Origin: an uncultured Pseudomonadales bacterium
GTDB taxonomy: Bacteria > Patescibacteriota > Microgenomatia > UBA1400 > UBA12028
DNA length: 64,000 nucleotides
NCBI GenBank assembly: GCA_964635905.1
Contig: CAZWPK010000002.1
Span: 77,621 to 141,620 of the forward strand
Direction: 5' to 3'
Below the pieces are notes generated by a model. It made no database searches, was not told where the DNA came from, and saw only the letters and a program-made list of their open reading frames with translations. This document shows, in pieces, positions 1 to 9,933 of this stretch. The first letter of the stretch is position 1. Every line of letters begins with the position of its first letter. The translations under genes were made by a program, and so were the position numbers.

Positions 1-293
1 AAGAGATCTTGATGAAACTTCCCGTCATACCAGCAATAGGCAACCTTCACCCGATGGGATTTGGCAAAATCTAGAATTTCGTTAGGATCACAAGAATGTA
101 GACGAGGAGTATCTTTTCCGATGACGGCATCGATATTGCGATGAATAATCGTTGATCGAATTACAACGACTGGAGTAAAAACGGATCGATTGAGTAAATC
201 CGAATATACTTTAATGCGTCGTGCTCCTCCGCCCAAATCAAGCTTATCTAGGATAAGTAGAACACCGACTGGTGAATTGGTCTTCTTATTCAT
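1..293 (-). CDS. GT4-family glycosyltransferase, N-terminal part (runs off the window edge; absent from the ORF track)
   Basis: Manual translation from ATG at 293 gives MNKKTNSPVGVLLILDKLDLGGGARRIKVYSDLL... with no stop to position 1. LLILDKLDLGGGARR matches the GT4 N-terminal strand and GG loop. Confidence 0.7.
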   Translation of the reverse strand, partial: MNKKTNSPVGVLLILDKLDLGGGARRIKVYSDLLNRSVFTPVVVIRSTIIHRNIDAVIGKDTPRLHSCDPNEILDFAKSHRVKVAYCWYDGKFHQDL

Positions 294-334
294 GGTCTTT
301 AGTATGGTAGTGTTCTTCGCTATAATGACTCCAG
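294..334. promoter_or_regulatory. Divergent promoter region with -10-like hexamers directly before both start codons
   Basis: TATAAT at 321-326 lies 8 nt before ATG 335. On the minus strand CATACT (301-306) lies 7 nt before ATG 293. No SD on either side. Confidence 0.5.
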
Positions 335-1717
335 ATGAACAAACAGCTTATTGTGCGAAATGCAGGCGTCCAAACAGTCTATCAAATTGTCTCAAACATT
401 TTAGGGTTTGTCTTTACCGTTGTACTCATTAAGGCTACAAGTCAATTTGAGTTTGGTGTGTACAGCTATATTTTTTCCACCCTCGTGATTGTGAACCTGT
501 TTATTGAATTAGGAATCCCCACCTATTTCTTACGTCACTGGAGTACGCATCCGGAGGACTTTGAAAAAGAACGCCAACTGTTATTGGGTACTCGAATACT
601 GTTAACCATCCCTGTCAGTATCCTACTCTTTATTTATGTATTCTTTATTGATCGATTTGTCAGTTTAGAATTTTTACTAGCCTACGTTTACTTTCTCCTA
701 GATGGATACTTGCAACTCAATAAAATGTTCCTGTCTGCAAGAGACAAATTCCATCTAACTGCCGTAATTGATGGAAGTGAAAAAGCCATTGCCTATGGAG
801 GCGGAATCCTGATTCTATTACTTGGTGGGAAACTTTTGCAGGTCTTTGTCATCTATATCATCGGAAAACTGGTGGCAATCACCCTTTCCAATATCTGGAC
901 TGGCGGATTCAAACTTCCTCAATTTGACATTTCCAAATCCATTGAAGTTGTACGGAAATCATTGCCGTTGTTCATGTTAAGTGTGTTTGGGATTCTGTAT
1001 TTTCGTGTCGATATGTTGATTATTCGACATTTGTTGGGAGTCGCTGCAGTTGCGCCCTACAGCACGGCGTACCGATTAATGGATGCAGCAGTAATTCTGC
1101 CAGGTATTATTCTGGCTGTGTCCGTACCCACCTTAACGAAACTGTATGCGGACAAGGAAGAGGAAAAACTCACACGGTCACTGTTTTTGGCAACGCGTTA
1201 TCTTTCGGTCGTCGCTTTTTTTATCGCGGCTTGTTGTCTACTCTTTGCTAAAGAAGTCATGCTCACTGCTTTTGGATCGGAGTATGCCAGTGCGGCACCA
1301 GTGCTCCAGTTGTTCGGATTAACAATTATCGTCTTGTATTTAAATGCCCCACTCTCCTATTTCATGTACACCGGTCGAAAAGAAAAAACACACACCAAAG
1401 TCTTGGCACTACTCACAATTCTAAATGTCGTACTCAATGTTGTATTCATTCCTATCTTAGGAGTTGTTGGTGCCGCACTTGCAACACTTCTGTGTGAACT
1501 CATTGGATTCTTCTTTCTGCGCCATTTCGTCGGTCACGCTCTCCCACTGCATGCAATCGTTGCTCCTGCTCTCTGTATCACCGCTTCTGCTCTGGTAGCG
1601 ATGCTCATTAAACCCAATTGGATCATCGCAGTTTTCTTTATGGGACTAATTTACCTCTTGCTTTTATTCGTAACTCGGACTATTTCTTTTAAAGAGTTAT
1701 CTTTTCGAACAAAGTAA
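335..1717 (+). CDS. wzx: Wzx-type oligosaccharide flippase (MOP/PST family)
   Basis: 460 aa, 12-14 hydrophobic segments, motifs EFGVYSY, LYFRVDMLII, YSTAYRL, LNVVFIPILGVVGAALAT. Confidence 0.88.
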   Translation: MNKQLIVRNAGVQTVYQIVSNILGFVFTVVLIKATSQFEFGVYSYIFSTLVIVNLFIELGIPTYFLRHWSTHPEDFEKERQLLLGTRILLTIPVSILLFIYVFFIDRFVSLEFLLAYVYFLLDGYLQLNKMFLSARDKFHLTAVIDGSEKAIAYGGGILILLLGGKLLQVFVIYIIGKLVAITLSNIWTGGFKLPQFDISKSIEVVRKSLPLFMLSVFGILYFRVDMLIIRHLLGVAAVAPYSTAYRLMDAAVILPGIILAVSVPTLTKLYADKEEEKLTRSLFLATRYLSVVAFFIAACCLLFAKEVMLTAFGSEYASAAPVLQLFGLTIIVLYLNAPLSYFMYTGRKEKTHTKVLALLTILNVVLNVVFIPILGVVGAALATLLCELIGFFFLRHFVGHALPLHAIVAPALCITASALVAMLIKPNWIIAVFFMGLIYLLLLFVTRTISFKELSFRTK

Positions 1718-1725
1718 GGGATTTC

Positions 1726-2904
1726 ATGGATTACAAAATTAAATTGATTAAATCTTCTTTCTATAATGAAACGGAGACAAAAAATGCGTTGTGCGCATTC
1801 ATTCAAGATGCAAAACAGCTCTCCATTGGAACGGAATGTCTTGCGTTTGAAACTGAATTTTCCGCCTGGCAGGGTCGGAAGTACTCCGTCCTCTTTAACA
1901 GTGGTAGTTCTGCCAACTTAGCCTTAATTCAAGCCTTATTAAACATGGGGAAATTGCAACCAGGCATGAAGGTAGGCTTCTCCGGCATTACTTGGGCGAC
2001 CAATGTCATGCCGCTACTACAACTTGGTCTAATTCCCATCCCAGTAGATATTGAGCTCGATACACTCAATGTCTCCAGTCATACATTGGAACAAACACAT
2101 CAAGAACAGAAGCTTGACTGTTTATTTTTAACGAACTTACTGGGTTTTTCCGACGATATCAAAAAAATCAAGCAATTTTGTTTTAAAGAAAACATTTTAC
2201 TCTTAGAAGATAACTGTGAATCCATGGGGAGTAAGACTTCTGGGAAAATGCTTGGAAATTTCGGACTTGCTTCAACGTTCTCTTTCTTTGTAGGACATCA
2301 CATGTCTGCAATTGAGGGAGGAATGGTCTGTACGGATGATAAAGAACTGGATCGACATCTACGAATGGCACGATCGCACGGCTGGGATCGGCACCTCACA
2401 GAGAAGCAACAAAAATCACTTCGAACTGAACATGCCATTTCAGATTTTTTTGCGAAGTATACTTTTTATGATCTAGCCTACAACTTGCGACCCAATGAGA
2501 TCACAGGATTCCTTGGAAAATATCAACTCAAATTTATCGATGAAACAACGCACAAACGGGAACAAAATTTTAAAGCTCTATTGAAGATCTATGATGTCTG
2601 TGAGGATGTCTATCCTTTAGATATTCGAATGGACTTTGTTAGCAATTTTGCGATGCCACTAGTCTTTAAATCCGAACAACTCAAGGATTCCTATTGTTCT
2701 CGCTGTGAAAAACTTGGAATTGAGGTACGACCAATCGTGGGTGGGGTAATGGCAGACCAACCATTCTTTAAAAAATACATTTCTCAAACGTACAATATCC
2801 CTGTTTCCAGATTAGCTTTTAAACAAGGATTTTACTTTGCCAATAATCCTGAGCTCACCCAAGATGAGATTGAATACTTGATTGCTGCCTTTAAGAGTGA
2901 ATAA
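1726..2904 (+). CDS. colD: ColD-like PLP-dependent GDP-4-keto-6-deoxy-D-mannose 3-dehydratase (DegT/DnrJ/EryC1/StrS fold)
   Basis: NSGSSANL, LLEDNCESMG, TFSFFVGHHMSAIEGG (His at the usual PLP-Lys position), RSHGWDRHL, YNLRPNE, GIEVRPIV. 392 aa, with no E1-type Fe-S Cys cluster. Confidence 0.75.
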   Translation: MDYKIKLIKSSFYNETETKNALCAFIQDAKQLSIGTECLAFETEFSAWQGRKYSVLFNSGSSANLALIQALLNMGKLQPGMKVGFSGITWATNVMPLLQLGLIPIPVDIELDTLNVSSHTLEQTHQEQKLDCLFLTNLLGFSDDIKKIKQFCFKENILLLEDNCESMGSKTSGKMLGNFGLASTFSFFVGHHMSAIEGGMVCTDDKELDRHLRMARSHGWDRHLTEKQQKSLRTEHAISDFFAKYTFYDLAYNLRPNEITGFLGKYQLKFIDETTHKREQNFKALLKIYDVCEDVYPLDIRMDFVSNFAMPLVFKSEQLKDSYCSRCEKLGIEVRPIVGGVMADQPFFKKYISQTYNIPVSRLAFKQGFYFANNPELTQDEIEYLIAAFKSE

Positions 2905-4130
2905 TGTCTATGCTAAATATTGCATTAGTTATCTGGCAACTTGATACCTACGGTGGCTCGATTCGTCAAATTTTAGAAGAAGCACGCTATCTGCAAAAAC
3001 AGGGACACCGCGTGGATGTTTTTGCCTATCGCGTTGATAAAGAAAAATGTTTTCCTGAATTTATCAATGAGATTAATGTTATTGCTGCCAAGCCAATTGC
3101 AATTTCCCAAGAATTTTATAATCAGTCCGATCCCATTTTGAAGCGAATAAGGGCATTCCTACGCAATGAGTGGGTACAACTTCAACAAGTACAAGCCATT
3201 GGAAATCAAATAGAAATTCAACACAAAAAGCGTGCCTATGATGTGATCAATTACCATGATCACGGAGTCTATCGATTATCAACGCGCTTCCCAACGGGAA
3301 AAAATGTGTGGATGATGAATGATCCACCCTCCTTTATTGATGCAAAAGAAAAAGGAGCATCCGAGTATGCTCAAACGACTCTCATGAAAGTGCTGGCATG
3401 GGTTGAGAAAATTCGGACAAACATCGCACTCAAAGAGATGGACACTATCGTGGTCTTGGATGAGCGAAATAAAGAAATCGTGCAGCGTCATTTTGGCAAA
3501 ACTGCTAAGGTTATTAAAAGTGGTCTGTCCATCCCTTCCGATTTAAAACAGATGCCAGTCAAAAAGAAGCGTAAGAGTATCCAGTTACTGACAACCAACA
3601 TCTTTTTTCGACATCGTCGCTATGAAGATCTTATTGAAGCTGCCCATATCCTGATCAACAAGCGAAAAGTTAAAAACGTCGCGTTTCATATCGTAGGTGA
3701 TCCTGCGCCTGACATGGGGTACTTTAAAATGATTCAAGGACTGGTACAACGCTATGGATTAACTTCCTACATTACATTCTTAGGAAAGGTAACCGAGGCA
3801 ATACTTGAACGAGAATATCGGGAAGCGGATGTCTTTGTGTTCCCAAACCATAATCAAACTTGGGGATTATCTGTCTTTGAAGCGAGTCTACGTGGGTGTG
3901 CGGTGCTCGTCAGCAAGACTGCCGGGGCACATGATGTGCTAAGCGATGGGAAAAATGCAATTTTCATCCAGCCAAAAAACCCCTCACATCTAGCAAAGCA
4001 GTTAGAACGCGTCATTACCGATGAGAAACTTCGAAACTCGATTGCCAAAGCTGGATACAATTTTGTTCGAAAAAACATATCCTGGACGCAGTATGCCAAG
4101 GATATGGAATCGATATTCAAGCATCCCTAA
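2904..4130 (+). CDS. GT4-family glycosyltransferase
   Basis: N-terminal YGGSIRQ, C-terminal ADVFVFPNHNQTWGLSVFEA. TAATG overlap with the upstream gene. Confidence 0.88.
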   Translation: MSMLNIALVIWQLDTYGGSIRQILEEARYLQKQGHRVDVFAYRVDKEKCFPEFINEINVIAAKPIAISQEFYNQSDPILKRIRAFLRNEWVQLQQVQAIGNQIEIQHKKRAYDVINYHDHGVYRLSTRFPTGKNVWMMNDPPSFIDAKEKGASEYAQTTLMKVLAWVEKIRTNIALKEMDTIVVLDERNKEIVQRHFGKTAKVIKSGLSIPSDLKQMPVKKKRKSIQLLTTNIFFRHRRYEDLIEAAHILINKRKVKNVAFHIVGDPAPDMGYFKMIQGLVQRYGLTSYITFLGKVTEAILEREYREADVFVFPNHNQTWGLSVFEASLRGCAVLVSKTAGAHDVLSDGKNAIFIQPKNPSHLAKQLERVITDEKLRNSIAKAGYNFVRKNISWTQYAKDMESIFKHP

Positions 4131-4143
4131 GATTTCGTCGCAG

Positions 4144-4152
4144 TGCTATAAT
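4144..4152 (+). promoter_or_regulatory. Extended -10 promoter (TGnTATAAT), leaderless-type
   Basis: TGCTATAAT lies 6 nt upstream of ATG 4159. Confidence 0.6.
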
Positions 4153-4158
4153 TTCCAA

Positions 4159-5022
4159 ATGAATTACGAACAAACTAAACTTTCTCGACTATCAAGAGCC
4201 TTTGCGCACTCGCACAGAAAACTCTCATCTCTTCATCGAGAGCGACAAGTCCTACCGTATTATGATGTTTCATCTGAAGGACGGAAATTAGCTACTCCTG
4301 ATCGTGGCATCTGGACCAATGTTGCGGAGCATTGTTTTGTAGCAGCTCAAGTCACTGACATCCTGGCTGAGGCATTACGCCTTCCTGCAGACATTAGAAC
4401 CAAGGTAAATGCTGCCGCTTGGATTCATGATTCAGGGAAAAAAGTTGAGAGATTTTGGCAACAGCTTGTCGCTGCTCAACTGACTCAGGATCAAGCATCC
4501 CCAGTAATCCCACAACATGATTTATTGAATAAAATTGCTCAGGAACAATTAATTGCATTGCAATTATTATCAGCTCTGGACAAGTGGGAATACCAAAGAA
4601 TCGGAGTCAAACCTGATATCCTTGAAATTTCTCAAGCGAATATCCCTACCTTAGCTCAATTTAAAGATGGTCATGCTACCCTGGCCGAGAAAATACTGTG
4701 GTTTGCCGATGCCTGTGTAAGTGGAACTGCTATCGTACCGATTCCCGAGCGTTTTGAGAGACTCGTGAATGATCCTAAAAACGGCGCTCAAAATCGAATT
4801 TTTAGTGAGTCATATAGTGAAAGATTTGATGGAGCTTCATTGTATGAAGTTCAGCTGGCTCTCGGAAGAAGGTACGTTAGTGAGTTTGCCCCATTGATAG
4901 GGATGAAACCTGAGGAAATATTTAGCTGGTTACAAGGTAAGATACAGCAAAGAATGGAGTCAAACCAATTACCAGAAATTAATGGTAGAATCGTTTTCAA
5001 TAGAAAAGTTAAACGCTCTTAA
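4159..5022 (+). CDS. HD-domain metal-dependent phosphohydrolase
   Basis: NVAEHCF...AWIHDSGK...EKILWFADA gives the H..HD..D pattern. Start moved from 4021 to ATG 4159, which removes the overlap and follows a -10 box. Confidence 0.7.
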   Translation: MNYEQTKLSRLSRAFAHSHRKLSSLHRERQVLPYYDVSSEGRKLATPDRGIWTNVAEHCFVAAQVTDILAEALRLPADIRTKVNAAAWIHDSGKKVERFWQQLVAAQLTQDQASPVIPQHDLLNKIAQEQLIALQLLSALDKWEYQRIGVKPDILEISQANIPTLAQFKDGHATLAEKILWFADACVSGTAIVPIPERFERLVNDPKNGAQNRIFSESYSERFDGASLYEVQLALGRRYVSEFAPLIGMKPEEIFSWLQGKIQQRMESNQLPEINGRIVFNRKVKRS

Positions 5023-5049
5023 GTTTTATATTTCAGAGGAGATACCGAT

Positions 5050-5325
5050 ATGAGTGATGATGAAAGAAGAGTTAGTGTTTTTTTAGTTGATAATGAGTTA
5101 TCAGGTGTTCCTTTAGGGTACGCAGATGACCTCGCTGTAGATGCGCATCGGTCAGGAAGAGTAATTCATCAAGGATTAATGATCGAAGGAAACTATCTTC
5201 CCGATGTCTCATTTGCAAAGCTTGAAGAGGAGCTTGCGAAGTTGGCTGCAAACTATCCCAATACAATTATCGAGTATTACGCTGACTTCGGTGTCATTGC
5301 TATCTATCCTCTGAAAAGAGAGTAA
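5050..5325 (+). CDS. Small acidic hypothetical protein (91 aa)
   Basis: GAGGAG SD upstream of the ATG; fills the gap between the HD gene and the convergent GT4. Confidence 0.65.
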   Translation: MSDDERRVSVFLVDNELSGVPLGYADDLAVDAHRSGRVIHQGLMIEGNYLPDVSFAKLEEELAKLAANYPNTIIEYYADFGVIAIYPLKRE

Positions 5326-5338
5326 AAGTCACTTTTTT

Positions 5339-6451
5339 TTACGAAAGCAATTCTTTGAGAGCCGCGCGTAGGCTTGATGAGAATGCTTGTTGCGAATACG
5401 TAGTCTCTAAACCTTGCATCATGGTGTTTCGTTGTTTCTCCAATTTCATTTGGGGAAACTTACTCATCTGAACCACTATTTTTTCTATTTCTTCAATGCT
5501 GATTGATGACAGTACTTTCCCTCCACTACTGATCCCTGATTCCTTACTTACAATTGGTACAATTCCGGCTGACATCGCTGTTAGCACGCTACCCGCCATT
5601 CCTTCAGAAGCTGATGGGTAGATCATCCAGGCACACCTTGCTGCAATCGATTTAAAGGCTGGTGAGTGTGGATCCACAAATCCAAGTGGGTGAATGTTTT
5701 CGGTTTCATACAGTTCTGTATGATAGGCTGCAGCAAAGTCTTCTTCCTGGGCAAAGGGGCTACAGACCGTTAGCGTCAACTCCGGGTGGTCGCGAAAGAC
5801 TTCAAGAACTAAATCAAGTCCTTTATGAACTTGCCCACCACTTCCGAAGAAAAGAAAGTGTTTAGGATCCTTACGAAGCTTTGCCAACGGAAAGAGTGAT
5901 GAATCCACTGTATTGGGAATAAGAAAAAAAGGAACCGAAAGCGGAGGAAACGTGCGTTGCGTCTGCGTATTTCCAATCAGGAGGACCGCATCAAAGCGGT
6001 TGATCATGGTTGTATTAATTGGTTCCACTTGTCTTCTAGGTTGAAGCTGTACTCCCCGTCTTTTTTTTAAGGCTAGCAAACGCCTACGTTCCGCATCATT
6101 TTGATAATCAGGAAAACTTCCGGTAAAAAAGATAATCTTTCTTGCTCCCGTAGTAAGAAACTTCCAGTACGGTTTATCCACTGTCGGGTGAATATCAATG
6201 ACCAGGTCATAGTTTCGTTTTAATTGATAGTTCGCACCATAATTGACCACATCCACTCGATATCCAAGCTCATCAAGCACTTTGGCAATGGCTTGTACTT
6301 GCCAGTGGCTCTGGTGGGGCTGCGGTTTGAACGGAAAGAGAAAAGGATACGTGATATAGGAAAGCAAACAGACTTTTTTTGCATGGGTATGCGTAACATT
6401 CTCTGCAACTTTTGTGTCCAAGAATTCTAGTATTTTGGCAAAATTGAGCAT
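5339..6451 (-). CDS. GT4-family glycosyltransferase
   Basis: GGQVHKGLDLVLE and YPSASEGMAGSVLTAMSAG. Confidence 0.85.
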   Translation of the reverse strand: MLNFAKILEFLDTKVAENVTHTHAKKVCLLSYITYPFLFPFKPQPHQSHWQVQAIAKVLDELGYRVDVVNYGANYQLKRNYDLVIDIHPTVDKPYWKFLTTGARKIIFFTGSFPDYQNDAERRRLLALKKRRGVQLQPRRQVEPINTTMINRFDAVLLIGNTQTQRTFPPLSVPFFLIPNTVDSSLFPLAKLRKDPKHFLFFGSGGQVHKGLDLVLEVFRDHPELTLTVCSPFAQEEDFAAAYHTELYETENIHPLGFVDPHSPAFKSIAARCAWMIYPSASEGMAGSVLTAMSAGIVPIVSKESGISSGGKVLSSISIEEIEKIVVQMSKFPQMKLEKQRNTMMQGLETTYSQQAFSSSLRAALKELLS

Positions 6452-6468
6452 AGTGAATGGTACTTACT

Positions 6469-8004
6469 CTACCACGTAACTGCGATTACTTTTGAAGGTT
6501 TACATTCCGTTGCTGTCATTGTCCCGAGGAATATCGAAATACATGCTTTTCTTGGATCTCGCTTTGTTAACGGTGTAATCACGTCTGTACCTTCATTCTG
6601 GGTCGTTTGGATGCTTGATTGAAGCTGTGTACCTAAAGAAAGATCATCAGTCGAGTGTAGTGCATGTGATCGAAGGTAGATGCTGTTTGGCAGTTTCTCC
6701 TGTCGAAATTGCACTTGGATGGCGTGGATAATTTCAAGATCATTGATGGAACTCGATTCCAAGATAATGTCAGAAGTCTCCTCGACGTCACGCATGGCTT
6801 CAAGTCCCATGAAATATGATTGTGTCAACGCATGATAAGCCTGCACCCGAGATTTTAGAACCCAGAGTTGAGAACGCTGCCAGACTCCAATCACTATACA
6901 TACTGACACAATGAATAAGGCGACTCTACTGGGTCTAGCTTCAAGACGATCAAGCACCATTCTTTTGAAAAGAAACAACAGGCTTACGACAATCAGTAGT
7001 TTGTAAAAAAGTCCTGGAAAATCGTAACGAATATTGGTTGGCCACTGTCCATTGTAAAAAACGAACTGTGAAACGAATAACGTTCCTGCCGTGATCCAAG
7101 TCCAAGAAAGATGTGCAAAATATCGCTTCCATATCGGTGATGGCACATCTCTAGCTAACCACAGAAAGCCTGCACTACCGATCAACAGTCCGATGACCGT
7201 TTTACTCTGGAGCATGACCAAAAGTAACCCTATTCTTGAAACACCCAAGCTGTTCCCGTAGACGTCGACCCCAACCACTGAAGATAATCGCAAAAGATAG
7301 AGGATGACAAAAATACTAGAGAAAAAACTGACGAGTACTGGAAGAATTGAGAGAAACGGTTGTCTGCTAGTCTGTCGATTGAGAACATACATTCCTAGGG
7401 TGGGAACAACCATAATGATCATATTCTCTTTGGAAAGAATTGAAATGGCGCATCCTACTGAAAGTAGTAGTGTGCTCCAACGATCACGTTTTTCTTGTTG
7501 ATAATACAGTCTAATCACACCCCACGCCCACAACAGAAGTCCCAACAAACTGTAGCTTTCGGATGGTCCAAGCCTGCCAATAATATCCGCCCAAAATGCC
7601 AATGTGAAAAACCATCCACTGATAGTTCCTGCCAGAACTGCTCCAAGGATGCGTTCAAGCAGAAGCCAACACGTATAAACAGAACACGCAAATAGGCAAA
7701 TCCTCGCCAAATACCAGAAGTTTAGATGACTTCCCCACACCAAGAGTTCAAGAGGACGCAACACGTTATAAACTGGTCTGTATCTTCCCGTGCTACTTAA
7801 ATCCCGTTGCCATAAACCAATCACTTGAGAGACAGAAAGTCTCTCTTTACCTTGTAGATGGAGGACTAATTCATGGTCATCAATCGGAGATAGGGCATTA
7901 AAAAGACTTGGAGAAAAAACAAATAGTGCTAACCCAAAACTCAATACCAAAATGACTATTCGTTGCAACCAAGTGTTGGTACTTTTGGAACTCTTAATTT
8001 CCAT
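6469..8004 (-). CDS. Multi-TM membrane protein, putative GT-C glycosyltransferase
   Basis: TM1 followed by acidic IDDHE and TGRYRPVY; SKE motif; about 11 TM plus a C-terminal soluble domain. Confidence 0.6.
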   Translation of the reverse strand: MEIKSSKSTNTWLQRIVILVLSFGLALFVFSPSLFNALSPIDDHELVLHLQGKERLSVSQVIGLWQRDLSSTGRYRPVYNVLRPLELLVWGSHLNFWYLARICLFACSVYTCWLLLERILGAVLAGTISGWFFTLAFWADIIGRLGPSESYSLLGLLLWAWGVIRLYYQQEKRDRWSTLLLSVGCAISILSKENMIIMVVPTLGMYVLNRQTSRQPFLSILPVLVSFFSSIFVILYLLRLSSVVGVDVYGNSLGVSRIGLLLVMLQSKTVIGLLIGSAGFLWLARDVPSPIWKRYFAHLSWTWITAGTLFVSQFVFYNGQWPTNIRYDFPGLFYKLLIVVSLLFLFKRMVLDRLEARPSRVALFIVSVCIVIGVWQRSQLWVLKSRVQAYHALTQSYFMGLEAMRDVEETSDIILESSSINDLEIIHAIQVQFRQEKLPNSIYLRSHALHSTDDLSLGTQLQSSIQTTQNEGTDVITPLTKRDPRKACISIFLGTMTATECKPSKVIAVTW

Positions 8005-8067
8005 AGATCTGTAGCATATACCATTCTTTCCTACTCGTTGTACTAAAAAATATGATAGGCTTTGAAC

Positions 8068-9933
8068 ATGTGTGGAATCGCCGGTAAGGTAACATTTGAG
8101 GGGTCAGTGAAGGCATCGGATATCAAGAAGATGACCGACAGTCTCTCCCATCGTGGTCCCGATGATGATGGGGTTGAAGCGTTGGAATCGTGTGGACTTG
8201 GCCAACGACGATTGGCTATTATTGATCTTTCTCCAAAAGGTCATCAACCAATGAGTTACGACTCAAAACGGTATTGGATTACCTTTAATGGTGAAATTTA
8301 CAATTATCTTGAACTTCGCAGTCTGCTGCTTAAAAAAGGCTATCCATTCACTTCCCAGTCTGATACAGAAGTCATCTTAGCAATGTACGCCCAGTATCAC
8401 GAGAAATGTGTTAAATACTTTAATGGCATGTTTGCCTTTGCCATCTACGATAAGAAAAAGAAAACGTTGTTCGCTGCGCGTGACAGAATGGGTAAGAAGC
8501 CCTTTAAATATTACTTCTCTTCCAACTCCTTTATTTTTGCCTCTGAGATCAAAGCACTCTTTACCCAACCAGAAGTTCCAAAGGAAGTCGATGAAGAAGC
8601 CATCTCTTCCTATATTTACTGGGGGTTTGTACCCTCTCCTCGGACTGGATTTAAAGCTATTTACAAATTGCCACCGGGTCACTACTTGATCCTTCAAAAC
8701 AAAAAACTAACGATTAAACCGTATTGGTCAGTAACCGTTGATCCCACTTCTTCTCTGTCAGTTGAAGAAGCGAAATCACAACTTCGGACTTTACTTGAAT
8801 CCTCCGTTTCACTTCGAATGATTGCTGATGTCCCGTTAGGCTCTTTCCTATCAGGAGGAATTGATTCCTGTGTCGTAACCGGTTTGATGAGCAAGCTTAG
8901 TGATCATCCAGTTCGTACATTCACGGTTGGAGCAAGTCAGTGGGGCATGGATGAACGAGCAGATGCAAGAATCTCAAGTCAGTTTCATGGGACACGTCAC
9001 CTAGAGCTGGAGATCAAACCAAACGTTAATGAGGCATTGATACACCGATTAGTGACAGCCTATGATGAGCCTTTTGGAGATTCATCCGCAATTCCTTCCT
9101 ATTTTGTCAGTCAACTTGCCCGAAAACATGTTACGGTAGCGTTAAATGGGGATGGTGGTGACGAAAGTTTTTTTGCGTACAGTAACCATACAACATTAGC
9201 GTTTATTAAGCGCATGCACGCCCTTTCGCTACCCGCTAACCTGGTCTATCGACTCCTTCGTCCCTTCACTTCACAAGCAGTGATGCATCCGCTGGTTCAG
9301 CGCGTACTCCGGGTATCGCATCTTCTGTCACAACAATCGCTGGATGGCTACAGTCTCTACGCACGTGGATATACCAACGGGATAGACATGAATGAACTCT
9401 GGAATGATGCCACCAATCAGTTAGAGAAAGAACTTGCCTCAAGGTTACCGCACACAGCAACCGATGATATCAGTAAGGTTCTGTCCCTCGATCTTTCAAC
9501 AATTCTTCCAGATGGGTTGATGACAAAAATGGATATTGCCAGTATGCAGTGGGCGTTGGAGGGCCGTTCACCGCTCCTAGATTACCGAATAGTCGAGTTT
9601 GCCGCATCACTGCCACTAGAGTATAAATATCACAATCACGAGACAAAATGGATCCTTAAGGAGGCCTGTAACGATCTAATTCCACCCTTGATCCGTTCGT
9701 TACCGAAACGAGGTTTTGTCCTTCCTGTAAATGAGTGGATGAAGACTACTCTTCGCAAACAGTTTGATCAGGCTTTTCTTTCTACGAACCATCCAATGTT
9801 TTCAATCCTAAACTTTGACACCACCAAAAAGATGTATGACTATCACCAGCGGGGTGTAGCGGATTATTCTGCGCAACTGTGGAAACTATTTATGCTGTCA
9901 AAATGGTATGACACTTTTTTTAAGTCTACGTAA
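8068..9933 (+). CDS. asnB: Asparagine synthase (glutamine-hydrolysing)-family amidotransferase, likely glycan-amidating
   Basis: Ntn N-terminus MCGIAG (start set at 8068), HRGPD, FNGEIYN, FLSGGIDS, GDGGDE, LEGRSPLLD. Confidence 0.92.
   Translation: MCGIAGKVTFEGSVKASDIKKMTDSLSHRGPDDDGVEALESCGLGQRRLAIIDLSPKGHQPMSYDSKRYWITFNGEIYNYLELRSLLLKKGYPFTSQSDTEVILAMYAQYHEKCVKYFNGMFAFAIYDKKKKTLFAARDRMGKKPFKYYFSSNSFIFASEIKALFTQPEVPKEVDEEAISSYIYWGFVPSPRTGFKAIYKLPPGHYLILQNKKLTIKPYWSVTVDPTSSLSVEEAKSQLRTLLESSVSLRMIADVPLGSFLSGGIDSCVVTGLMSKLSDHPVRTFTVGASQWGMDERADARISSQFHGTRHLELEIKPNVNEALIHRLVTAYDEPFGDSSAIPSYFVSQLARKHVTVALNGDGGDESFFAYSNHTTLAFIKRMHALSLPANLVYRLLRPFTSQAVMHPLVQRVLRVSHLLSQQSLDGYSLYARGYTNGIDMNELWNDATNQLEKELASRLPHTATDDISKVLSLDLSTILPDGLMTKMDIASMQWALEGRSPLLDYRIVEFAASLPLEYKYHNHETKWILKEACNDLIPPLIRSLPKRGFVLPVNEWMKTTLRKQFDQAFLSTNHPMFSILNFDTTKKMYDYHQRGVADYSAQLWKLFMLSKWYDTFFKST

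Noticed and set aside
190-432. 80-aa + strand ORF
   Set aside because: It overlaps the partial minus-strand GT4 gene and the wzx start, and has no recognisable features.
1726-2904. Perosamine synthase or E1/RfbH assignment
   Set aside because: It lacks the PLP-binding Lys of aminotransferases and the Cys-rich Fe-S segment and greater length of E1.
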